From assembly GCA_027604505.1 (NCBI GenBank), contig JADIIX010000003.1, positions 310,001-370,175 on the forward strand: DNA of 60,175 nucleotides, written 5' to 3'. Positions 23,137-36,013 of this stretch are shown here, in pieces. The notes beneath the pieces are model-generated. The model ran no database searches. It saw only the letters and a list, made by a program, of their open reading frames with translations, and was not told the origin of the DNA. The translations under genes were made by a program, and so were the position numbers. How positions within the stretch are numbered: position 1 is the first letter of the stretch; each line of letters begins with the position of its first letter. This stretch comes from Gonapodya sp. JEL0774 (Eukaryota).

Positions 23137-24124
23137 ATGGACGACGAGCTCGCAGCAATTCGCGCTCGCAGGCTGGCTGAGCTACAGGCGAAAGGTGGAC
23201 GAGGACCAGGCTCTCAATTCGGGGTAAGGAGCAATCCCTTCACACAAGCCGAATGATTCAAGAACGTGGCCATCATTGCTTTCAAACATCATGCTCTTAA
23301 GTCCGCGGGCATGTCGGGTATTCCAGGAGGGCAGGGGCAATCCTCGCAGGAGGACGCGGAGAAGAAAGCGTAGGTAATCTTTGGGAAGAAAGGGAGGTGG
23401 TTTCACTTATGATTCAACTATTGTCATGCCTACTCTGGACATTTCTTTCATCGCTTTAGTCAAATGGAGGAAATGCGACGAACTATGGTCCGGAATCTGT
23501 CTCCTTCGCATCGATTTTGCGTACTATTGCTGCTCACTCAAACACTCGCCCTCCCAGCTAACTCAAATACTCGACGCATCTGCCAGAGAGAGACGTGGGT
23601 GTTTGTGACGATACTCGTGATCTTGAGAGGAAGGAAGGGAGGCTCCCATTGTACATTGTTTCAACTGGCTCGGAGAACGTGGAAATCAGTAAGAAAGGTT
23701 CACACTGACCAGATTCCCTTCTCTTATTTGAATAGTGGGTCGTCTATCTTTGACCAAACCTGAAGTGGCTCGCAGTGTGGAGGATTTGCTTCTCAATATG
23801 GCACGGTCCGGGCGGATCCAAGCTAAATTATCTGAGAAAGAACTAATCGGACTTCTGGAGCAGGTCTCAGCAGGAAAGAAGGAAACGAAGATTGTGGTTA
23901 GTACACTTCTGATGATGAGTAATGTTTGTCGATTGTGTTGGTATCCCGAAACTTGCGTGGACATCTAAAATGACGGGAAACACCAAAATACTCAAACTTA
24001 TCATTTGCACGCTGCTCTGTGTCGAAGTATTGACTCTATCCAATAATCCGCATTTCTTTCGCCTCCCTAGTACACTCGGCGCCGACAAGATTCTGACGAT
24101 GAAGATGATGTTTTAGACCTGTGA
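23137..24124 (+). CDS. PDCD5: Programmed cell death protein 5 / TFAR19 dsDNA-binding protein, multi-exon
   Basis: MDDELAAIRARRLAELQ, LTQILDASARERLGRLSLTKPEVARSVE, KLSEKELIGLLEQV, acidic C-terminus. Confidence 0.93.
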
Positions 24125-24291
24125 CATGCAACTAAATCATGGTGTGCATCCGTCATTGTAAATACGTAGTTGGTCACGCATTACGTCCTTGCTTCGTTTG
24201 GTCGTATGTATGTACCCATGTGTTACCGTGTCCTATGTCCTGTGTCTCACACATCGCGGTGGGCCAGTAAAGCCACCCAATTAGGCTAACA

Positions 24292-27004
24292 ATGGCATCA
24301 ATCAAAATCGAGAAGAAAGAGGGCTTGCACGAAGTGGAAGGGAGGGAGGGATCTGTGCAGGTGACATCGGGAGACGGTGGGAACCCGAGGAAGCGTCTCA
24401 AAGTGGAAAGAACGATTGCAGAACAGAGTCAGGGAGAAAACTCTAGAGGTGGATCAACTCGACTACCGAATGTAAGTTTTCAGTATACACAAATCGAGGG
24501 ATGAGTGATTCGATTAACTTTGCTGACGGTGCTGAACACCCCCGAAGGAGATTTTAATGCACGTTCTTCGACACGTTCATCGTCCACCGGACCTTCTTGC
24601 ATTTGTTCTTTGCTCTCGCTCCTCCGCGGCTCTCGCTGTTCCCTACCTCTGGAGAAGAGTTTTCCTGAAGAATGCGCAAACTGTGAACATCCTCTCGGGA
24701 CTAGATCGAACAGGAAGAAAGGAAATCCATGATTGGGATGGAGGAATGTTTGACTATTGGCAGCACGTCGAGGAGCTGGTGTTTATTCGAGCTCCACCAT
24801 CTCAACGCGTCCAGAAGCCAATCAGCAAGCACTCAATTCATAATATCATTCAAGTAATGACATCGGACGCCGATGCTGCGGAGAGTTCTTCAGGCTCACG
24901 CGCACTTCCCAGGTTTCGTACGCTCCGCTTTCTCTCCCCGCATTCAAATCACGGGCTGTTTTCTGGGGGTTCTCACCCATTCTCACCACAACTCTCACTG
25001 GAATCTTATCCTCACTATCCACCTGCCATACATTTTGAGTCTCAATCATCTTACTCTTTGTCAAGCCACCTCATCTCATCCTCTCAGTCGTCTTGGACGA
25101 CTTCACCGCTTCTGACTCCGGAACTCTTTCTCTCCACCCTTGATGTCATAATTCCTCACCAAATTTCTACACTGGATTTAAGTGGCTGTTCTTTGACACG
25201 TCCGATTCCTCCGGCTCAGATTCCCGCCCTCATCTCTATTCTCCCTAAGTTGCGAGAGCTTCATCAACCACACCACGTATTGTACTCTAGTTCTTTGGAA
25301 ATGTTTCTCAGGGAAGTGGGACATCAACTTGATACTCTAACTCTCGATCTTCGAACTGCCTCTGGTGCGGTCAAGGTGCCGAGCTGGGAGTCATGGAAAG
25401 GAATGCGCCTTAAGGTTTGTGCGACGTTCATTATTGAGGAGCCGAAAGTTTACATATATCACCCGGTTTCCAAGAGCCTTACACTTGCTACCTCTCGTGT
25501 TTTGGGCAAGAATGAAAGGGAGGGGGTGGAGCGTTATTTGTCGAACTTCGGTGGACTCTTAAACGTTTTTCGGTGGGCTGTCTGTGGTCAATGGAGGACA
25601 AGGGGGTTTTCGCAGTGGGAACTGAGGAGAACTTTGCACGAGGTCACAAACCTGGGAGACTTTGTCACTCCCGAAAAAACCTCCCATGCTGCAAGACGCG
25701 GTCTCAGTACTCTTCATTTGTCGTATCCAACAGTGTGGTCTGATCAAGACTTCCATCAATTGCTTGTTGAATCAATGAAAGACCGCCAACATGTAAGATT
25801 GAGTAATCTGAGTGTGACTGGAGAGCTGGTAGAGGACTATTGGGGTGTTGATCGACCTTACGCCAAGTACGCACTAATGGCATACATTCAGAGTTTTGGA
25901 ATCCCGGAGGATTCCACTTCAAACTCGGACCCAGATATGCCAGCTCGCGAAACTTCAGACGTACAGATTGAGGACATCCCAGAAAGTGAACCCTCTCTGC
26001 TGGCACCAGTTGCTCAAGCGTCAAATTTTCAATATGAACAGGGTTTAAAACGTGCGTCGAACCGCAAAGGTAAACGACCGCCTAAATGGGGAGAGATGGA
26101 TTACGTTCCTCCATGGGATTTGGAACTAGAGCAAGGTCTCGCGATTAGTGCGGCAGATGCAGGATTAGCTCTGCCACCGATGGTCTCACCACAGGAGCTG
26201 GTACCTGACCCTTTACCCGAACGCCAGAGCTTGCCGCTGTTTGTACCTCGCACCTACCCATATCCGGAGCCAGGGCCTTCCCAGATACCCGTTAATCCGT
26301 TGCGAAGCTTGCACCTTTCAGGCATTCGTGGCCTGTCGGAACGCGACATTGTAATCATTGTACAGTGGATGGGAAGCTCACTCCGCTTCCTACATATTGA
26401 TGTGGATGGAACGTTGTCCAGTTCTGGCTCCGAGGAGATCATCGAAAAGGACGATGGTACATCAGCACGGGCGGACATTGTGCTTCGGCGAGTGCTTCCA
26501 GCGCCGCATTGGGTTAATGTAGCTCTTCATCTGGCAATGCATTGCAAACGTTTGGTGACATGTGTTGTTGGGGTCTTGATGCCAACAAATGTGGGGCTGG
26601 ATAAGTATTTGAATGTTTACACCAAGGCAGGATGGGACGTTCAGCAATTCTTGGCTATCTCAAACGTGAGCTTAAATGTGGCGGAACAGCAACTTGTGGA
26701 TGAGGTGGAAAGGGGAGTGGATTTGACTGAAATTGACGGTGTTCGAACAACCATCAGTCAAGAGCTGGAGCTTGATGTGGAGAGTGTGATTGTAAAGGTT
26801 ATGGCGACGGAATGCTCGAGCATGGAAGTTTTTCGGTATCCTGTTCTACAACGCAAAGGCAGTTATCCGGCCTATTTTGACGATAATGCCAGAGACGAGA
26901 TTGAGGAAGGAATCGGTGACGACGTAGGTGTTCGGAATAGACGAATGCGGACATGGGGCTGGAGTGCTTTAGAGTCAATTCGTGGTCAGGAGTTCACCAG
27001 GTAG
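24292..27004 (+). CDS. Large F-box-like / LRR-like protein of unknown function
   Basis: Joining exon 1 (..RLPN) to the 815-codon ORF gives RLPNEILMHVLRHV..LCSR..AVPYLWRRV (F-box-like); scattered LxxLxL repeats (ISTLDLSG, LRELH, LDTLTL, LRSLHLSG, LRFLHI). Confidence 0.7.
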
Positions 27005-27096
27005 TTCACTTTGAGTTTGACGGTGTAATATAGTGTGGTTTCCAACTGTGGCATATGGCAAATCACGAAACACAGAATTTTGATTGACGCAGCCCG

Positions 27097-28108
27097 ATGG
27101 CAAGCACAGAGAGGTGAGATATCAGATGCTGTATAATCGGCTCTGAATCTTCTGTGGAACTTACCATCCGCGTCTTGTTTAGTCCTACCGCGCCAAATCC
27201 TGGGCCGTTTGTGCCCATTGTCGATTCCACCAACAGTTTCTCAGCTCTCTCCATACTCGCCATCGCAGCTGGCTGTACTGTTGCTTTCGTTGCCCTTACT
27301 TTTCTCGTTCTTTACTTGAGGCGAAGAAATAGCGATCGGTTTTCAAAATTCAATGAAGACGAGGAAACGCCCCACATCGACGTTCTACGAAGTAGGCTCA
27401 CGACACAGGATCTAGATAGAGGAGGGCTTAGCAATCCTGCCGAGCAGCCTGTTGGAGGTTCCACTCTGACTCTGCAAGAAAACGAACTCCCTCCAGATGA
27501 TAACACAAAGAAAGATTCAGTTGGAACAGCTTCGATAGTTTCCACGGCTACGACTGAATCCACCGACTCTAGTAACGCAATACCTTTTGGACACCCCTTT
27601 GCATCCTTCTTTGGTCGGCTTTCTCCCTCCACGGTTGTGTCATCATATTCCAAACATGGACGAGATGGGGACTTTCAGCACCCAACTGGAAATTTACCAT
27701 CCTTGCCTTCAACTTCGCATGTTCAATCTTTGGGCGGTCGTTCTACACCTCGCATCGTGTCTCGCAATCTATCGGATCTTGGAAATGTTATCTATCAAGC
27801 AGTCGCCAGGTTTGATTTGTACGTGGATTGCACATTAAAAAGTCCAATAATCCCAGCGTTCACGTTGTCGTCTGTGCTAACAGTATACCTACAATGCGCG
27901 ATGAGCTCCGCCTGAATGTGGGTGATGTAGTGAGCATAATCCAGGAATTTGACGGTGAGCATTCGCCATGCGTCTCGAAATTAGTAACAATGCAATTGCT
28001 TGAAACCTTCCACGTGTAACAAAAGATCAATGGGCGATAGGGCTCGAGTATTCGCGAAACGTCATGGGTGTCTTTCCGACAACTCTGGTCGAACGAATAT
28101 CGAAATGA
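27097..28108 (+). CDS. Single-pass membrane protein with C-terminal SH3 domain
   Basis: TM helix ILAIAAGCTVAFVALTFLVLYL followed by RRR; spliced SH3 YQAVA..PTMRDELRLNVGDVVSIIQEFDDQWAIG..GVFP. Confidence 0.8.
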
Positions 28109-28267
28109 AGCATCTATGCGTAGTTGCCGCAAGGACTCTCAAGCTTTCTCCAATTGCGTTTCATCTACTACTTGTCCGTTTAATGAGACCACCCACTTCA
28201 TTTGTATCACGAGACCGATGAATATTCACCAATACCATACATTATTGTCCATGCCGAGAGACTATTA

Positions 28268-30963
28268 TCATCGGAATCTTTCGCTTCCGGCCGACATCAC
28301 GGACCGTCCCGCGGTAGCTCCACTTCCCCACCCCAAACTACCGCCGCCTGACACCATACTGCCTACTTTTCCAAAACCGCTCTTGTCCTTTTCTCCCATA
28401 GGAGGCAATGGAGGCAGTGCAGGTAATTCGGGGCGCGATTTGTATCCTTCACCATGCCCTGCGAATCCTCCTGCCATTTGGTCGCGAGAGGATGCTGGCT
28501 CGCCGACCATCATCTGTCCGTGTGCTGTTCCACCATTGGTGCCCGTGCTCGACCCTGCCCGTGATGCTGAAACCACCTTGCTCGCTTCACCAAACAACCG
28601 GGATGCGGGTTCAAGATCCACCCCACTTGCCCCCTCACCCACGGTACCAAAGTGCTGTGAATTCCTAAATTCACTGTAAGCCGAGAAAATCAAATGAAGA
28701 CTTTCTACAAGACTCGAAGACTGTCCGAAACGAGGATCCACATTGGACACCTGGGTTATCGGCGCGGATGCGGATGCAATCAGTGAGGAAAGCGTCGCCG
28801 CAGGAACGGGAATGTCCAGGAGAATCGAGGTCAGGGCGGCGTAAAGAGGCAGTGGCAAGTCGATCGTGGCTGGAGGTAGCTGCACCTGGATGGGGGTACG
28901 ACGTGCAATGATAGAGCAGACAGTAGCGTTGTTATGACGCGCCCACATATTATTCGAGCTCGGAGCGAGCACAATTCAAACTCACTTCCGCTACGACACC
29001 TTCCACTTGCTCATCCCACGCCTGCATCACCTCTTCTACGTCGGGTACTCTTCTCGTATACACCATACCCGCCCTCGGTTTGCCTCTGTGGAGTTCCTCG
29101 ATACCTTTAATCCACTGATCGACCGGTTTGGGATTTTGAGCGAGTGAGGCGATGGGTACGGTGGGAACAATTGTTGGGGGATTGGTATGGGAGGTTTTAG
29201 ACAGGGAGCGGAGGTGGAGGGCGAGGACTAGGGTGTGATGTGGAGAGATTGTCAGCAAATCGGGCCCGGTTGTAATGGAGTTGAGTCGAATGATGGTGCC
29301 AAAAGGGAGTTGGGACAGCGAGTGCGAGCTTTCAGCCCGCTCATGAGGTGTTTTGACGGAACTTACCGTGAGGATCGGACTGCTTCGCTGCGGGTTCGTC
29401 GAGGACCGTGAGTCCAAGAGTGTCAGGTTTGGTGTCGGGCCGGGGTATCTGTGAAATACAACGGGAGGCAGTGCAAGGATGGGATCAGCATTTCGCTCTA
29501 TGTTTTTCCATGAATCGGCACTGCCGCCGCCCTGCATCGGATCTCCCTGCTCACCTTGATAAAGGCGTCAATATCCCCCACGGCTGGAATGTACTCCGGC
29601 AAAAACACTCTCAGCTCGGGTTCCAGCTCTATTTCATGGGGCTTAAACTTTCCAACGTAACTAAACAATTCCTGAATGTCGCGAGCCGCGGAACCCGAAC
29701 CCGATAGGGAACCCGACCCGAATTCCAGGTCACCGTAGCCGCCGAGTGGAGATCCCGGGGATCTGCCACCACCATTTGTACGAAGTGCGGGGTCGGCAGT
29801 TTTGCCGCCTTGGGGCCGTTTCTTAGTAGGTGCAGCGGACGAAGGTTCGGACACTCCATTGGTCGACGTCCCAATGTCATCTTCGTCCTCGTCCACATCT
29901 TCATCTTCATCTTCCTCATCTTCATTCCCATTTTCATCAGATCTGTCACCAGACTCTACATGCGACTCGTCGGGGTCCCTCGACATGGCCGACGAGGGGT
30001 CGTCGGTGAAGGCACGCCTGTGCGATGGATCCACGTCCAAATCATCGTCGTCGAGAATGTTTCCATCAGAATTGGAAGAACTGGAGCTGGTGGTGGAGGG
30101 TTTTAAGGGTGGGCGGACACGACGGGAGGAATTGTGCTGGGGGCGTGTTGTTGGTTTGGCGTGGCGAGGTAGTGAAGACTGGGGCGAGGAAGGCGTTGGT
30201 TCCGCAGCGAGTCGCATAATTTTGTACAAAATTCGTGATTCGCATGGTGTGAGTGGCAGGACTGGTGCCCAACCCGAGGGTCACAGCGCAACACACCAAT
30301 TCGTCCTCTTCTGACTGATCGTAGTCTCCATTTCCATCCGACATCTTGGCAACAGGCGGTGTGTCACCTCTATCCAATGAGTCTTTCGCAGATTTGGAGT
30401 TCAAGTCACACGAGACGAGCCCGAAATCAACAATGAGTCTGTACGCTCATTCCGTTGCATGTCTGATTACTGCACTCACCGATTCCGTCCTCACCCTCCG
30501 AATCACTCGCGTCCATCCATTCGTCGTAGTATGTATTTACTGCAGGATAAAAAACTGGTTGCAAGCGGTTGGCGGCTGGCGAAAGCGGCGAGGATGACAG
30601 CTGGATTGTTCGAATACATTCACCCCCACCGTAAGCACAAATGGACAAGAACCCAAGCCCCAGAGAGGCAGCAAATATGTGCAGAGCTAGGGACGAGATT
30701 GCACTGGGACTCACTTTTGCGACGTAGGTTGTGTCCCGAATCCTTTGCGGCGTTCGCTAGCGCCGTGGATTGTTGAGACGGAAGCAAAGCGTTCTTCGGA
30801 TGTAGAAACCGAGAGGCAGAGAAGATTTTGATATAATCCACGGGATCAAGGTATCGACGAGGGTATATCCTCGACAATTGTGGGGTGTGGTTGCTGCTCG
30901 GTTTGACGAGCTGTGGGTTACCTTCAGTTGGTTCAAACTAACTTCATCTCTAAATGAAAGCAT
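28268..30963 (-). CDS. IFT46: Intraflagellar transport protein 46, multi-exon
   Basis: IQELFSYVGKFKPHEIELEPELRVFLPEYIPAVGDIDAFIKV, VLDEPAAKQSDP, WIKGIEELHRGKP, ESLHLIFSAYSEFRNSQHF; acidic N-terminal region. The 5' exons (30963, ~30790, ~30540) are inferred from phase-compatible splice sites. Confidence 0.93.
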
Positions 30964-32036
30964 GTCAAGCTTTGCTGGTCAGGGACTAAATGTATCCTAA
31001 AGAGTTTATATTTTTTTCCAAATGAAGATTTTCGGCTCCCATTCTCGGATTCATGCTGAATGATGCCGGGAAGTCTGGCTGGTACTAACTATACGAAAAT
31101 ACGGTAAACTTACTTGTTTGAAGCGACATGAACAGAGCTAGGACATTTGCGATGAGTATCGACCTGTCCACACACGGGTTTCACTGCCATTTTCTTTGTA
31201 CTCATTTCAGCACTTAGATGGCGTTGATTAGTTAGTTTGTTTACTGTATTTCCGCACGTTGAGCATGGCCGTACACGTATTGGTGCTCGGGTATTCAGTT
31301 TTTCCACATGCGTTAATGGGGGTGGTCATGCTCATGTGGTGATTTAGTTGTCTCTGTTTATGGCATGTTGCTGCTCTATGATAGTGCTCGGCGTGTGGTC
31401 GCTGACCACCCGCTACCTCCAACTGCCAGTGTGGACATGAGCTAATCCTGATCCAGGCAATTCCCTCTTTTCGCAGAAGCTCCAGATGGATCGCGCACAT
31501 GGTACGTTCATGGTGGTCGTGACCTTCCCTCACCAGTGTGAAGCTCCATGGGTTACTGTCGCCTGCCAAGCCCACCATCAGGCCTGCCCAGTGGAGTGTG
31601 GACTACTCGGATTAATAACAGGAAAATGTTGTGGTTGTGCCTAATTGCATATTGATTTTGGTTCACGCGTTCTGATTTCAACATCATGATTGTCCACCAC
31701 CACAAGCCACCGGAGGTTTCAAAGCTCACATAAGATTACAAAGATACATATATGCGGATGTTGTAGTTACGGGAATTTGAATATTATTGGGCCGTGTTAC
31801 CTCACTCGCCTCTCTCGAGAAACGCCTTTTTCCGCATGGGGGGACTCTTTGGGTTCTTTCCTTGTCTCGGCGCTGGCGTTGACACTTGCATGGATCCAAC
31901 ACGGTGGAGAAGAAAGTCATTGCGTAGATCATGAGTGTGGGCTGATCAAGATGGTGCAGCGGTGACGACACCGCCTGGCAGCAGCTTTCGCAACAGTTAC
32001 CCCTCGCCCCACATTTACCGACACAATTCCTCGGCG

Positions 32037-35000
32037 ATGCTCAGAACGGGCCAATCCCGCACCATAGAATCGCGAAGATGGGGCTCAATCTTCTTGCCCT
32101 TGTCCATCCCTGCCCTCCGTATTCAGAATGGGAGCGGCGCTCCTCAACGAAGGTTCTATTTGAATGAAGGAGTCTATGGGGTCAGATCCAAAAAATCACA
32201 CCAGTATGGAGACTGTAAGTTTCATTCCTCAAAGTGACTGGGTTACCACCAAGATTCAAACATTGAATGCTGTTGTCCTTCCTAGTCACCGCCGAGGAAG
32301 TGACAAACCGACTTCAGAACGCCAATCTTGTCAGGCTATCGAATGAATTTAAGAGAGAAGGTTATCGAATGGCCCAATTAGATCCTCTGGGCCTTACAGA
32401 GAAAGAGTCGGTCCCGGAACTCATTCCGGAGAGGTTTGGAATCGATCCTGAGGGTAAAAAGGTGGGCATTTGCCCTGCGATTTCCCCTACCATTTTTCGA
32501 CAATATACATCCTCCTTTCTGTTTTCTTTTTAAGGGTCGCAAATCCTTCAATGTCTCTGGAATCCTCACCATGCCGTCCCATATCGATTCTAAGTCTGTT
32601 CCAGTGAAGGACGTAATCTCACACCTTCAATCTGCCTATTGCGGCAGGATTGCCTTTGAATTCATGCATCTTCCAGACGCTGGTGAGCGTCGGTGGTGGG
32701 CGGTTAACGTCGAAAGACTGGCTGGCGAGAAGAACATCCATGGAGGATTGGGATTCATTACTGACCCCCGGCGGAAGAGGCTCTGGGAGATTTTGACTCG
32801 AAGCGAGGTAAGAACTCACCTAGTTTCTTTGAGTATGCAGACATCCAATTCACCTTACACCAGGCGTTTGATCATTTCATGGCCCAAAGGTTTCCTAATG
32901 TCAAACGCTATGGGCTGGAGGGGGCGGAATCCATGATGGTGGTCATGGATACCTTGTTTGAGGAAATGGCGAGGGCAGGTGTGAAAACTACTGTTATAGG
33001 GATGCCCGTGAGTCCTATTGCAATCGCTGGAGTCTCTCAGTTTCATGGGGCTAACGGAACTCTGTGTCCGACTACCAGCATCGTGGTCGCCTGAACCTGC
33101 TCACAGACCTGCTCAAAATGCCTCCTCGACTGCTGTTCCACAAAGTACGAGGAAACGCTGAGTTTCCGGAAGATGGTTCCGTCCCTCCGCACATTATCGG
33201 AGACGTGATTTCCCATCTTGCCACGAGTGTGGATTTGACTTACGGTGATCATTCTATCCGAGCGAGCTTGTTGCACAATCCGAGCCACTTGGAGGCTATT
33301 AATCCTGTGGCCATGGGGAAAGCACGATCGAAGCAGGTTGATTACCGTTCCATTGCCAATCTCGTGGTCAACTGACCCTCTTGTTCTTCTCTAAACAGCT
33401 TGACCTCTTCAGCACCACCGAAACGCCTTGTTATCTTGGGGACATGGTTTCTTCCATTATCATTCACGGTGACTCCGCGTTTGCCGGACAGGGCATTGTT
33501 ATGGAATCCATGGGTCTATCTGCTCTCCCTCACTTCACTTCTGGAGGCAGTGTACATCTCATTGTCAACAACCAAATCGGTTATACAACAGAAGCGCAGA
33601 ACGCTCGAAGCACGGTTCATGCCAGCGATGTCGCAAAGGGTGTCCTAGCACCCGTGGTCCATGTCAACGGTGATTCCCCAGAAGTACGTACGGAGCCTTT
33701 TCACCATGGAAGACAATATCAATTCAGTCTTGTTCGCCTCAGGACGTAGCGCGAGCGACGATGCTTGTGTGGAAATATCGTGAAGCGTTCCGGAAAGATG
33801 TTATTCTTGATCTCATCACCTACCGTCGTTGGGGTCACAACGAAATGGATGAACCCTGTGAGATAAATCGGTTGCAGGATAGTCCTCGTTTTATTGGCTG
33901 ACGCATATTCTCCAGCATTCACTCAACCGCTCATGTACAAAACAATTCGCTCCCGTCCTTCCGTTCCCGCCCTTTACGAGCAAGAGCTTATAGATGCGAA
34001 CTCAAATGTTGTTTCTGCTGATTTGTCGGTCAGCTTGAGAGCAGACTACAAGGCATTTCTTGATAAAGAAGACTCTGAGAGCGCTGGGTTTGTACCGAAA
34101 GCAGACCATTTGGAAGGAAAATGGAAAGACATGACCAGCGGACTGTCGTGGGAGACTAATGTGCCCACGGGTATGTTATCAATCTTGTTGTGGCTTGGTG
34201 GTGATGTACATTGATGTATTGCCTGTTGTGCCAGACTTTCCACTTGAGTCCCTGAAGGCCATTGGCTCTGGTTCTGTCACAGTGCCAGCAGGGTTTGAAG
34301 TTCACCAGCGTCTCACAAAGTTTCACATTGAGCCTCGACTCAAAAAAGCTGCTGAAGGGAAAAGTCTGGACTGGGCAACCGCTGAAGCGTTGGCATGGGG
34401 CAGCTTAATGGCGGAAGGGTGCGTTTGTCACAATGTTTGGACTGTTCGAAGGTTAGTGAAATCAAAACCGTGCCTTTCCTAGATACGATGTCCGAATATC
34501 TGGTCAGGATGTGGGCCGAGGAACATTTTCTCATCGGCACGTTATGCTCGTAGACCAGCAAACGGAAGACATACACGTTCCGCTCGATGCATTCTTCCAA
34601 TCTCCAGCATCCGCGTCTGTGCTGGCGCTTTCGTCTCCAACGTCTGCGAATCCGCACCCTCGAACAGGGCGACTGGAGATTGCGAACTCTAATTTGTCGG
34701 AGCTGGCCGTGCTCGGATTTGAGTATGGGATGTCAATCGATAACCCGCGACGACTCTGCATATGGGAGGCACAGTTCGGTGATTTCTTCAATGGTGCCCA
34801 GGAGATTATCGACACTTTTATCGCGAGTGGAGAAGTAAAATGGTTGAGACAAAGTTCGCTCGTTATGCAACTCCCGAGTGGCTGGGAAGGTGGTGGGCCG
34901 GAGCACACAAGCGGTAGAATGGAGCGATTCTTGCAAGTGAGTCTTCCTAGTATTGTTCCGGGGAAAGGAAATTGAATTGATCAACGCCCATAGCTGTGTG

Positions 35001-35698
35001 ATGATCGCTTCGATGTGTCAGGCAAATCAGTGGAACCGTCGATCCCGTCTTTCTCCGTTGCATTCCCTACAACACCCGCGCAAATGTTTCATCTTCTTCG
35101 CCGACAAATGCATTTCTCCTACCGAAAGCCTCTGATCATTATGACACCCAAAGGTTACCTCAAGCACCCACAAGTTGTTTCCGACCTCACTGAAATGGGC
35201 CCTGGCACCACTTGGAAACCAATCCTTCCCGATCCTCTTCTAAATGAAGAATTGAATGATCTGCGAAGAGTTGTATTTTGTTCTGGCAAGTTCTATTTTG
35301 AGCTCTTGACTAAACGGAAGGAACTTGGATTAGACCGGGAAGTCGCGCTCATCCGATTGGAGGAGCTTTGTCCCTTCCCTGCGTTTGAGCTACAAGAATC
35401 AATTGTGAATCCCATCAAGCAAAAGGCGGGTCACGTGATCGAGTGGCTTTATGCGCAGGAGGAGCCACAAAACCAGGGTGCCTGGACCTTTGTGCAGCCT
35501 CGTCTTTCCCAAATTCTCGGAGAAAATGTGAGTCCTGCTGATTGCTTGTTGGTTTTGATGAGCAAAATCTGACGGATTATCTGAAAGATCGTGTACTGTG
35601 GGCGCACCACGAGCGCAGTACCAGCCACTGGTATCTCAAAGTGGTACAAAAAAGAACAGCAAACAGTAGTCGAGAAACCATTTGATGGACTTGCGTGA
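32037..35698 (+). CDS. DHTKD1: 2-oxoadipate/2-oxoglutarate dehydrogenase E1 component, DHTKD1-like, multi-exon
   Basis: Mitochondrial presequence then [39 protein letters not shown], ThDP motif [36 protein letters not shown]. Confidence 0.92.
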
Positions 35699-36013
35699 TT
35701 TCTCATTATCTGTTGATTCTCGCTCATAAATGTTCACCGACCCTGTTGGAGTGACGTTTCCACGGCGGACAAATCACCATCGTATTCCACCGAAGCAGGC
35801 AGAGATGAGGGGACTGCATTTCCGTCCGTCCAAACTGCCCAATCCATGTCGATGTTAATGGGACTGTTTGACTGGTTTGCTGTGGGCCAAAGAAATAAAA
35901 TGGAGAAACTCGTCTGAGGCCTGGCCGTACGGATGGATACCTTCCGCGAGGCCACAACCCTCTCATAAAACCTTCTCTTACAAGAAGCGCTTGCACAATC
36001 AACCTCACCTGTG

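Noticed and set aside
30970..32030. ~1 kb gap with short ORFs, possible transposon relic
   Set aside because: No recognisable transposase/RT motif, terminal repeats or CpG depletion; most simply the divergent IFT46/DHTKD1 promoter region.
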